Shown piece after piece: positions 13,102 through 23,825 of a stretch of 64,000 nucleotides of DNA. Below the pieces are notes generated by a model. It was not told the origin of the DNA. It saw only the letters and a program-made list of their open reading frames with translations, and did no database searches. This DNA comes from Octopus sinensis. Taxonomy: Eukaryota. Made by a program: the position numbers and the translations under genes. Within the stretch, counting starts at the first letter, position 1. Each line of letters opens with the position of its first letter. The stretch lies in contig NC_043003.1 of NCBI RefSeq assembly GCF_006345805.1, positions 101,122,001-101,186,000 on the forward strand, given 5' to 3'.

Positions 13102-15487
13102 CTAGCAAATGCACTCTTCCTTTGGACGGTTTAAGTTAGCCTGCAGTTAGAAGTCATTTCAAGTTGATAAACATAAAATATATAATTACCAGTTTATTGG
13201 CACTTTATTATATGGTATTAACCTAGGTAATGAATAAATTTTTTTGAACACAAGTTTAGCAGTTAGTAATAAATGCAAGTCCATGAAATGAGACTGCAAT
13301 TACAGTAGGCATTAGGGATCCTGTATCTTACCTGAAGCCTTTCGTAGTATCTAGTTATTTTACTTGTAATGCCTGACAACTGCATTCAAGTTTTTTTTCA
13401 ATGAAAGTCATGTATGATAAAGAAAAGCAAGCATTTATAGCAAACACGCAAATAGAATAATGGCATGTACAAAAATAAATGTCAGAGCATGTTTATGAGC
13501 AACCAGTGAGTGTGAGGTAACAACAATCATGGAAATAAAGCAAATTATAAACGAAATGCTTGCAGGAAGTCTGAGTGCTAACAGCTACAGTTTGGCGTAG
13601 ATGTGAAGATTGCAGTAGAGGAGCATATATGAATAAGTTGTTTGGATGGTCAACTCTGGAACAACCGACGTAGAACTGTCCATTTGAAGGTCCAATTCAA
13701 CAACTTTCAGTGACTGACCTTGTGCTTCGTTAATTGTCATGGTGAAGCTGAGTTTGGGAGAGAACTGAAGTTTCTGCATAAGGTAGGGGCAGTCTGTTGG
13801 GGTTAGTGGAATTTGGGGAATAAAAACAGTGTCATTTTTGCTGTGTCCCATGATAATTTGGGCTTCAATGAAGTGGTCCATCATTTTTTTGCTTACAAGA
13901 CGAGTTCCATTACATAGTGGTGTGTGTTTAGATTGCTTAAGAGGATGACCGACTTTTAAGTGAAGTTCATGGGGAGGGAACCACAGAGGATGTTGGGGGG
14001 GTGAGAAATTCTGTTGGAAAGTGTGTACAGTCAACTCTCGCTACTATGCCACCCTGCGGTTCTGAGCCAAAGTGGCATAGTACCGAGGGTCTGTTATCTA
14101 AACACTACATAACCAAAAATTTACTGAATATACGAATAAAAATTCATAGGGTAGGAAGTAAGGCCAATAAGAAGTTCAATGCAATGGTAAAAAGAAGACA
14201 TCCAAGTTTATTAAGTTCAGATTGCTTTTAGTTAATCCCGAAGCTCTCAAAAATTGTCGGCTGACGCATCTTCTTTCGGCGGATTTCATTCATTTCGTTG
14301 TCTAGCCTATCACACGCCTGCATGATGCTGGGTTTTCCGCTGCTCTGCTGCTGCATAAACTTTCGGATAGTGCTCCATGCTCTCTGGGCATCTGCAAACA
14401 AAACGTATTCCTCTTCCACAATTACCTCGTCGTCTTCACTTTCCACCGGCTCTTCGTTATGCATTACCTCCTTTGCTATTTCTTCTAGAGTGAAACATGT
14501 CGGACAATACAAGGGGCGGTAACTTGTATCAGATATTACTAATGATACGAGGGGCCCGATAATAACGTTTTTCGCAGCATCGATAATCTCCTTCTTTTCC
14601 TTCAGCGTAAACTCAGTCCGCTTGCGTTTCTGAGCTGACATTGTGTGCTACTTTCTGAACTTTTCCACAAGATTACAAATACGAAATGTACAAAATGTAG
14701 GAGTACAAAATTATGAAAAGTTGCGTGCGCTTCAGTTTACAAGTGGCATAGTAGCGAGAGTTGAGGGTGGCATAGTAAAATTTTTTTGTTTATTATTTGG
14801 CCGGGACCGCGCAAAACTGGCATAGTAGCGAGAGTGGCATAGTAGCGAGGTGGCATAGTAGCGAGAGTTGACTGTAACCTGATCAAGGTCGGTAACTGAT
14901 CTTTAACAACATACTTGAGAAGATAGCTTACTGAATAAGTCATAGTTAAGAGTGGTGACAGCTGCAGTTGTAGGTGCAAGAACAGCCCTGTGCTAACGTA
15001 CAAATATCAGCAGTTTGCAGTGTATGGGCATTGTAAAAACTGTATAACTGTCTCAATTTTGTATGAGTGAAAGCAGAGAATATATATAATATTGATTAAT
15101 TTCTGAAGGCATTTAAAAAATAATTAAAAGTTGATTTAAATTGCATGGCTACCTTAAGGAAGTGCTAATGTGCAAATATCAGTGGTTTGCAGTGAATAGG
15201 CATTGTAAAAACTGTAGTAGAAGACGAAGTGAAAGAAGCATAACTACATCATCAAGAGTAATGTCCCTTGAAGCAATGATCGTTGGCATTTGTTATTTAC
15301 CTATGAGACGGTGTTTTCGTCCCCTATGGGCGACATTACTTATTATGTGGAAAATTAGAAGAGTCTATAATCATCTCTGAAACATAAATGATGTATGTGC
15401 TCAGCATGAACGAAATCAGCTGAAAAGTATTGATTTTTGAGTGGGAACAAGAAAAGGCCTGTACACACACATCTGTTTTATTATATA
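13102..15487 (-). mobile_element. Internally deleted Helitron with a PIF1-like helicase fragment
   Basis: CTAG terminus at 13102-13105 and helicase motifs FPPHELHLKVG, LCNGTRL, FIPQIPL and FTMTINEAQGQSL (13585-14034). The 5' end ..TATATAATAAAACAGATGTGTG lies near 15487. Interrupted by the pogo derivative. Confidence 0.75.
14028..14874 (-). mobile_element. Non-autonomous pogo/Tigger derivative with 26-bp TIRs and TA TSD
   Basis: The TIR CAGTCAACTCTCGCTACTATGCCACC is perfect at both ends, with TA at 14026-27 and 14875-76. ORF 14228-14641 joins a CENP-B-like psq-HTH start (RKRTEFTLKEKKEII) to the transposase C-terminus (RQPTIFESF). Confidence 0.9.
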
Positions 15488-16332
15488 CTAGCAGAATTGC
15501 CCGGCGTTGCTCGGGGCTGAATTGCTTGAAAGTACTGTTAATGATTGCACTAAATTATGATGATTATTCAGGCAAATATTGATATAAGCTTACGGTGGGA
15601 GATAAGGACTTAACGATCAAACGTGTGCCATTGCATTGTTTTGGGGGAACCAAATTTCTGATGAGCATTATAGGGGCACCAACTTTAAGTTTGAGAAAGT
15701 GTGGTGGTAGTCCGGGGTGCTCAAAGGAATTGAGTACCTCTATTGGATAGTTGATGACGTCCTCTGGGTCAGGAGTTGTATCGATAGACTGATATACATA
15801 GACTTCCCCAGGAATGAGTTTTAGCATTTCATCATTAATATGGTGAACAGTTTTATTCCTCGGGGCCAGTATAGCCTTTTTGCCAATCCAATCCATATTC
15901 TGATAATTAGCTTGTAGATCTGGGAACACTGCATCTCTGAGATCAGAAGGCGTCTTAACAATGGTACAAATGGAATCGATGGCAATATTACCATTTTCAT
16001 CCCCTGGTATTTTGCCTTCGCCAAATGCAAGGAGGGTGTGAGGAAATGCTGCTGATGTGATATTACGTCGCATATGAGCACGCATATTGGTGTGAAGTTT
16101 GAGAGTTACTTCCGTTTATTTTAAAAAATATGCATTAAAATGGAAAAAAATGATGGTAAATTATTTGTAAAATCATAGACTCATCGTAGACGCGCGCTAA
16201 TACCCAGAAGGGCTCGATATGAATCACGACTATAAGATACCCGGTTTTGGTTAAACTGCATCGCAAAATGTGGGAGTAGTTAGGAATCTAAATCGGAGTA
16301 GACAGACACACAACCTTTCTTTTATATATAAA
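15488..16332 (-). mobile_element. Non-autonomous Helitron carrying a helicase fragment
   Basis: 3' hairpin CCCGAGCAACGCCGGG plus CTAG at 15488, and ORF 15564-16085 (ILAPRN, YPIEVLNSFEHPGLPPHFLKLKVGAPIMLIRNL..CNGTRL). The 5' ~220 bp match 19565-19790. Confidence 0.88.
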
Positions 16333-16334
16333 TA

Positions 16335-17295
16335 TTTTCGTCCTAAAAAACTTTGTATGGATTGAATGGTTACCTCTATGGAAATATATACACGCACATT
16401 ATACATACATGTGTGTATAGATGAATATATAAATACATTTAAATATCTATATACACTTTTGGGCGATCTTTCTGTTTCTTAGAGATAACTTTAGATCTTA
16501 TTTTCGTGCTAAAAAACTTTGTATGGAGTGAATGGTTACCTCTATGGAAATATATACACACACGTTATACATACATGTGTGCATAGATGAATATATAAAT
16601 ACATTTATATATCTATATACACTTTTGGGCGATCTCTGTGCTGCTTAGAGATAACTTTAGATCTTATTTTCGTCCTAAAAAACTTTGTGCGGAGTGAATG
16701 GTTACGTGTATGGAAATATATACACACACATTATACATACATCTGTGTATAGATGAATATATAAATACATTTAAATATCTATATACACTTTTGGGCGATC
16801 TTTCTGCTACTTGGATATAGGGGCGATGTTTCGCTTGTCGTAGCACACGTTTCCGTCGATTTCCGTAAAAAATGTAAACACTGAATCGGCCATACATACA
16901 TACATACATACACACACACATACATACACACACACACACATACATGCATACATACATATACACATAAACCGAGTAAAAAATTTCAGTTATCTCTCTCTTT
17001 CACACATTACTCTCTCTGTCTCTTCACACACACTAACAGAAGCACTTCACTTACACAACATACTGTCTGTCTCCCACACTCCATCAAACACACACACACA
17101 CACATGTACATCAATGCGTCCCATGCACGGTAACTTCAAAAGAACTTCCCTCGTCTTACAATCGCTTTCTCTTAGTCTCTTTCGCTCTCATTACTTATGT
17201 AAAAAAATAAAAGTTTTTTACGGAAATCGACGGAAACCTGTGCTACGACAAGCGAAACATCGCCGATATAGGTCTTATATTCGTCCTAAAATACT
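16335..17295 (+). repeat. 166-bp tandem repeat (three full units plus the start of a fourth), interrupted by a MITE
   Basis: Unit starts TTTTCGTCCTAAAAAACTTTG at 16335, 16501 and 16667. The unit resumes at ~17273 after the MITE. Confidence 0.92.
16822..17264. mobile_element. MITE with 51-bp TIRs and 8-bp TSD (GATATAGG)
   Basis: 16822-16872 and 17214-17264 are inverted repeats with one mismatch. GATATAGG occurs at 16814-21 and 17265-72. Confidence 0.9.
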
Positions 17296-17320
17296 TTCCT
17301 GTCACACACTCATGCACACG

Positions 17321-17357
<37 letters not shown>

Positions 17358-17464
17358 CCTCACACACACACACACGCACGTTAGCTTACAATTTTATTTA
17401 TATATTTGCGTGTCTATGTGTGTAAAGAGGAAGTGGCAGACTGAAAGAGTCACTCACTACAAAA

Positions 17465-17741
17465 GGTGAATTACTTTCATTTTATTCGTTGCACACTGTG
17501 TGTGTGCGTGTGCGTGTGGTGTAAAACACATTAAGAAAAGCATTTGACATACACACCAGAATGTGAGTTTTCTGTAAATTTTGCTTAATTGGAGTTTAAA
17601 TTTTAAAAAGTGGACCTGGCAAAACCCGATGCATTCTACTCTTAAAAATGCTAAGTAAATTGTAATTGAAGAAATCCTATATTGTAGATTTCTATAACTG
17701 ACAAAGGGAGGCAGATAAAATCTGCCTTTTATAATAAGAGA
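17465..17741 (-). mobile_element. Helitron/Helentron-like 5' module (copy 1)
   Basis: Begins TCTCTTATTATAAAAGGCAGATTTTATCTGCCT (TC start with an internal palindrome) and is an inverted copy of 17905-18180. Confidence 0.65.
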
Positions 17742-17904
17742 TTATATATATGTGTGTGTGTGTGTGATGATTGCTTAATCTTGACAGATGATAGCCGTTC
17801 CATCAACACACACCATATCCCATCACACAGCGCAATCACTCCGTTGATGAGCTCTCAGATGATTTTTAAGACCAGGTGCTAACTGACATGGTTTAAAACA
17901 CAAA

Positions 17905-18180
17905 TCTCTTATTATAAAAGGCAGATTTTATCTGCCTCCCTTTGGGAGTTATACAAATCTAAAATATAGGATTTCTTCAATTACAATTTACCTAGCATTT
18001 TTAAGAGTACAATGCATCGCGTCATGCCAGGTCCAGTTTTTAAAATTTAAACTCCAATTAAGCAAAATTTACAGAAAACTCACATTCTGGTGTGTGTGTC
18101 AAATGCTTTTCTTAGTCTGGTTTACAGCACACGCAAACGCACACACACAGTGTGCAATGAATAAACTGAAACTAATTCAC
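17905..18180 (+). mobile_element. Helitron/Helentron-like 5' module (copy 2)
   Basis: Same TC start and palindrome as copy 1, in the opposite orientation. Confidence 0.65.
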
Positions 18181-18207
18181 TGTGTGTTGACAGGTAGAAA
18201 ATAGAAT

Positions 18208-18267
18208 GCGATGGCGATGGCTATGGCGATGGCGATGGCGATGGCTATGGCGATGGCGATGGCGATG
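18208..18267 (+). repeat. (GCGATG)10 hexanucleotide repeat with a GCTATG variant at units 3 and 7
   Basis: Read directly from the sequence. Confidence 0.95.
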
Positions 18268-18672
18268 TAATATTTGTTTCTCTCTATGACGCTCATAAAA
18301 TCATTGATGTACATGTGTGCGTGCGTGAGTGTGTGTGTGTCATTCCTCACACATACGCATACACATACATATATGAGAGTGGCAAACACAAACGTGTCAA
18401 ACAACTACATACAAACACGTGTGTGTTTGTTATTAGTAAAAAAAGGCGCCAAAACACAACTCACTTATCATTCCAACACATTTGCAAAGACACACGGACG
18501 GTCGAATAACAATACAGAAAAGGTAAATTGGTTTTTATTTTACTCTGTATATATTTTAGTATATAATATTATATATAGATATATGTATATATAATTGCAG
18601 TATGAAACAGTGTTTATGTATAAACAGACGACACTTATATATAGTTATTAATAAATGTATGCATCCGTTTAA

Positions 18673-19452
18673 CCCTTTCGTTACCAAACCGCCCGAAAAA
18701 ATTTTGGTTAATGTGACCAAGCCGCCCGAATTTACCTATTCATATTTAAATGAGAATATCAGAGTAAATCTCTTTAGAACATATTATACTTCGTAAACAG
18801 TTCAACTACAGTTTTGTACAAAAATCGAAGTGTAATTTTAATTCCGTGAATTATGGGAGATTTTTTTCCGAAATTTGTTCCTATTGTGTTTTCAAAATTT
18901 GTAATTCTGACAAAAAATGGATACGAATTTCATTATATCAAGCAGCGAGTCAGAATTCGAAGGATTTTCTACTGAAGACCTTCATAAATCTAACTCTATG
19001 ACTGAAAAAAAAAAGCATGTGGTATTTGATCTCAACCTAAACAAAGCGAAAGAAACGATAGTTTGTTATTTCCCACAACCTTAAATGAAATTAAGGCCTA
19101 TTTTGCCATAAATATTATTATGGGTATTAGAAAGTTACCCAGAATAACAAATTCTATCGTAAAATTTTGTTGTATACCCAATTGAATATTAGCTAATAAC
19201 CCATTTTCTATAGCGATGTTTGAACAAAATTTTAATAATTTTATATATTGTTGAATTTACCTGTATCTACCTGCAATTAGAGTCACTTTGTGACAAAAAT
19301 TATAGTATAGAATTCCAAAAATCAGATTAATATATTGATAAATAAAAAAGTTATTGTTGTTTAATGAAACCAGACTAAATTTATGATTACGTTAGAAATT
19401 AATTGAAACACATAAGGGGTGTATTTTGGTCAGAAATATAGTAACGAAAGGG
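18673..19452. mobile_element. piggyBac-type MITE
   Basis: TTAA|CCCTTTCGTTAC ... GTAACGAAAGGG|TTAA, i.e. a TTAA TSD and 12-bp TIRs, with no ORF. Confidence 0.9.
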
Positions 19453-19564
19453 TTAAGAAAAACCAAAAAATATTTTATTCTTTGTAAATGTTGTGTTCAA
19501 AATAACATTTTCTTTTAAGAATGTGTATATAACAAAGTATGTGTATATAACTACGTGGCTTATA

Positions 19565-19962
19565 TCTTTATATATAAGAGTGAAGTTGTGTGTCTGTCTC
19601 CTACGATTTAGATTCGTAACTACTCCCACATTTTGCGGTGTAGTTTAACCAAAAGCGGGTATCTTATAGTCGTGATTCATATCGAGCCCTTCTGGGTATT
19701 AGCGCGCGTCTACGATGAGTCTACGATTTAAAAAAAATTTACCATCATATTTTTCCATTTTAATGCATATTTTTCGTTATTACATAAGGGAAGTAACTCT
19801 CTAAAAATATCTACGATGTGTCAACGATTTAAAATAAAAATTACCTTAATTTTTTTTCAATTTTTAATGCATTTTTTTGCTATTTTTGGGCTATAACTCT
19901 CTAAAAATGCTTATATAGTTATTTCCCTTACAAACCCAAGCAACGCCGGGCGATACTGCTAG
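19565..19962 (+). mobile_element. Short non-autonomous Helitron
   Basis: A|TC start at 19565 and a hairpin CCCAAGCAACGCCGGG followed by CTAG|T at 19959-62. Confidence 0.88.
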
Positions 19963-19975
19963 TAACAAATATTAT

Positions 19976-20930
19976 TCAAGTTTCTTTTTTATCTGAAGGA
20001 ATGTTTTTGCGAACTAGAATATGTCTTTTAAGTCCAGATATTGTCTTACAATTTTTGTGACATAAGACGCAAGTCATAAGAGACAGTTGGTGTTCAAGAT
20101 TATTACCTACCCGGGCATTTCGATTTTCATGTGACTTCATATGATTCACGTATCCTGCTTTTGACAATGGAACACGATCACACGCAATACATATCCAATG
20201 TTCACTGTTGATTGCAGTTCCAATTGTTCCTTTGTGATAGGCCCTTTTAAACACAGAGTGCTGAATCATCTTTTCCTTTACAGCACCTCTCCACTTGTTC
20301 CGATCTAGAAATCAATTTCCCAATTACTTTTGTTCACAGTCTTTATACTGTTTTCCTTCACAGTCTTTATGCTGTTTCTTCAGCTTATGTTGTGGTCGCT
20401 TACCAGAGTTAATCTCACCATAAAAAAGACACTTTGGCATTCGCTCATCTTTCATTCTAATAACATGTCCAGCCCATCTCATTTGGGCCAAGATAACATG
20501 TTGTTCAATTGAGCTACAATGTGCCATGCACAAAACTTCTGTATCTGGTATGAAACATTCCCACTTGACTCCCAAGATACGTTTCAGGCACTTTTGATGA
20601 AATATCTCCGGCATTTTCATAAGACATCTGTAAGTGGTGCACGTCTCACTCAAATAAAGAAGTGCACTCAATACACACGTTTTATAGACACTGTTTTTTG
20701 TCTGCAGGGAAATACCTATATCTGCCCAAATGCAACACTTCCCTTCCCAAATTCTCTTGACAGTGTGCATCCAAGGTCAACAAAGTTGTCAATGACTTCT
20801 AACTTTGTTCCATTCACAAAAGTGTTTGGTTCAGAATATGTTTGTCTTGACAAGGAAGTAAACATCTGTTGCATATCTCCCTCTGTGTGTACCAACAAAT
20901 CAGTATCATCAGCATAAAGTAATTATTTAA
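19976..20930 (-). mobile_element. 5'-truncated RTE (BovB-like) LINE, C-terminal part with two C2H2-like motifs
   Basis: FVDLGCTLS, KNSVYKTCVLSALLY..ETCT and QMRWAGHVIRMKDERMPKCLFYGE, then CIACDRVPLSKAGYVNHMKSH and CVLCHKNCKTISGLKRHI. Confidence 0.85.
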
Positions 20931-21012
20931 CGCGTTTTGAAAGTCTTTGCTTTGCAGTAAAACTGGGTCCCCATGGGACAAAAAAATAAGACCCGTCAAA
21001 GGGCGCAGGAAC

Positions 21013-21086
<74 letters not shown>

Positions 21087-21095
21087 AGGCACATA

Positions 21096-23804
21096 CAGGG
21101 GTTGGACAAAATAATGGAAATGCCTTAAAATTTCAAACAAATTATTTTAATTTGGCAATAATTACACCTTGAATTCTACGAGATATGCACTCGTACAAAG
21201 TTTGAATTGTTTCCAAAGAATTTTTGTCCATTCTTCAGCTAAAACAGTCACCAGTTCTTGAAGTGATGATGGTGGAGGATATCGACTCCTTACTTGTCTT
21301 TCTAAAATGTACCATAAATGTTCAATATTACTGAGATCTGGGGACTGTGGTGGCCAGATATGATGTTCAACTTCACTAGAAAGTTCCTCGTGCCATTCAG
21401 TAACAACTTCAGCTGTGTGAATTGGTGCATTATCATCCTGAAAGATTGCGTTTCCCTCCGAAAACATTTCCGCAACCATAGGATGAATTTGATCAAATAA
21501 AATGCTTAAACAGTCTTGACTATTAATTCTGCCATGAAGGGAAACCATTGGGCCAGCGGATTTCCAAGATATAGTCCCCCCACCACCACCACTACCAGAT
21601 CATCACAGATCCTCCTCCATGTTTAACAACTGGAAAAAGGCAGTCTGGGTCAAATGCTTCTTTTGGCTGTCTCCACACGTATACTCGGCCGGTGGTCGGA
21701 AATAAGGTAAAGGATTAACATTCTTCCACTGCTCTAGGGACCAATTCTGTAGGATTTTGTTCCACTCTAAACGCTTTGCAACGTTTGTTTTTGAAAGTAG
21801 TGGTTTTCTGATTGCAGCTCTCCCGTGAAATCCAAACTTTGTGCAGCTCCCGGCGAACAGTTTTTGTGGAAACTGGGTTCTTGAGGTGGTCATTAACCTC
21901 TGCAGTAATTTTGGGAGCTGTACTTTTGTGATACTTTCTATAACAATTCGGTCCCTATCTGAAAGTTTTGGTTTTCTTCCGGAGTTTTGTTTCGACGAAG
22001 ACTTTTTCCCTCCTGTCATTACTTTCGAGACAATACTTCTTGATACATCAAACATTTTGGCTGTTTTCGTTACACTAGCACCTGCCATACGAGCACCAAC
22101 AATTTACTTCTATGAAAGTCCGATAGATCTTGTGGTGTATGCGAGAGATTCGAAATAAAGGCACCTACCTTCTCTCCGCTCAGATGGAGACCCTTCAACC
22201 GTAATGGATCCTTCAACACAGCCCGACCCGAACGCTAGAGATAGCAGCTGCTTCTCTCCACCTTAACAACGTGCTGACCCCGTCTTCCTCGCTCGGCGAC
22301 CGCGATCGAAAGGCCGAATGCCACCCTACCTGCACGCGCGTCACTGCTGCCCCTTCCGGTCAGCTCCCCAGCTGCTGACGTCATCCCACACGCCACCCTG
22401 ATCTTAAAGATCACAATCTATCTACTCCATGTCGTAGTCCACCATCCAACCGGGAGGGCGCCTTGCGCATCGAGATCTTCTCAAGCTGGGCACCTCGTTC
22501 TCCCCCTCTCCACAATCGTCGTCCGTCGAAGCGACAATCCTGCGAAGGTCCAAGATGTGTCGCGGCATTCCATCCACGGAGACGTTGTTTCTGGAATTGA
22601 CCGCCGTCACCGTTCCTCTGCTCCATTGAGACGTACAGCGCGCCTTCGGTGGCTTAACCCAGACTTCTTCCCCTACTTTCACGCAAGCGGACCCCTTCTC
22701 CTCCTCGTGGCCCTCCGGCGCTTTGCTCAGGTGCCTCCATTCATGTTTAAATACAGCTCTCTGCGGCATAGATTCCTCATCTTGTCCGGATCGGGGAGAC
22801 AAGTTGTACCAAAAAACTGCTTCAAGCGGTGAAACGTGCCCTCTTTCCGCTATGGCCTTGACTGTGCCTCTCTACGATCCCATTACCGCTCGGCCTATAC
22901 GCTGCTCTGAATAAGCGACGCACCTTCCACCGGTCAAGCATATCCCTCAATGCTTCCGAACGAAACGTCACCCCGTTGTCCATTAGCAGTTCTTCCACAG
23001 GACCTCTCTCTAAAAATATCCCGTTCAAGATCTGCGCAATCTCGTCAGCAATGCCCGTTCTCAACTCCCTCCAAATGGCCAGCCGGCCCGGCCCGCAGTC
23101 GACTACGGAGAGATACATTCCCTGACGGTAGTGCGTCACATCCACAGCTAGCCTTTTCCAGTTGTGCTCCACCGAAAGGCTTCCCTGTTCATGCCCACAC
23201 GGAGCAGGGTCGATGGACTGACACCTGTCGCATCTCCCGACCACTTTCCAGATGCTTCTCCTAGTGACGTCAGCATCAATTTTCTTCGCCAGATACAGGG
23301 TCCTGTCCACACCCAGGTGATGCATAGCATGCAGTCTCTTCAGTTCAGAGTCATCCAACCGACACGCCGCAGCTATCCCCCTCCGGGCCTCCTCCGGTTC
23401 CTCCAACCACACCCTTTTCACCCTGTAAACCCAGCCAGCGTCGTAGAGATAGCAGCTGCTTCACCCAACCTTAACAACGTGCTGACCCCGTCTTCCTCGC
23501 TCGGCGACCGCGAACGAAAGGCCGAATGCCACCCTACCTGCGCGCATGTCACTGCTGCCCCTTCCGGTCAGCCCGAAGTTCTGGTCAGCTGCTGACGTCA
23601 TCCCACAAGATCTATCATTTTAATGAATTTTAATTACCTTTTTCTGATGATATCTGAAAAGAAACAACAATTTTAGCAAAACATATCAAGCAACACTAAT
23701 AAAAAAAAACATAAGAATAAACAAGCTTTTGACGGTTTTAGAGATATTTCAAAATTATGATGCTATAATGCTAGGTGTTTCCATTATTTTGTCCAACCCC
23801 TCTG
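21096..23804 (-). mobile_element. Tc1 (DD34E-type) transposon, interrupted by an LTR derivative
   Basis: TA|CAGGGGTTGGACAAAATAATGGAAA TIR at 21096 and its inverse at ~23778-23804. Transposase fragments GRKPKLSDRD, FQDDNAPIH and WPPQSPDLSNIEHLW, with the ATG at 23618-16. Confidence 0.9.
22131..23607 (-). mobile_element. Internally deleted LTR retrotransposon: partial 5' LTR, integrase, PPT and 260-bp 3' LTR
   Basis: TGT...ACA termini and AGATCT on both flanks. LTR 22131-22390 matches 23447-23607. Integrase ORF 22822-23421 (HHLG..CDRC, VDVTHY, MDNG, GIVER) and the GPY/F-like region in 22422-22802. Confidence 0.92.
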
Positions 23805-23825
23805 AGTGTATATATACACTCAGAG

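Noticed and set aside
16335-16832. CRISPR-like regular repeat
   Set aside because: Contiguous 166-bp tandem units with no unique spacers, in a eukaryotic context.
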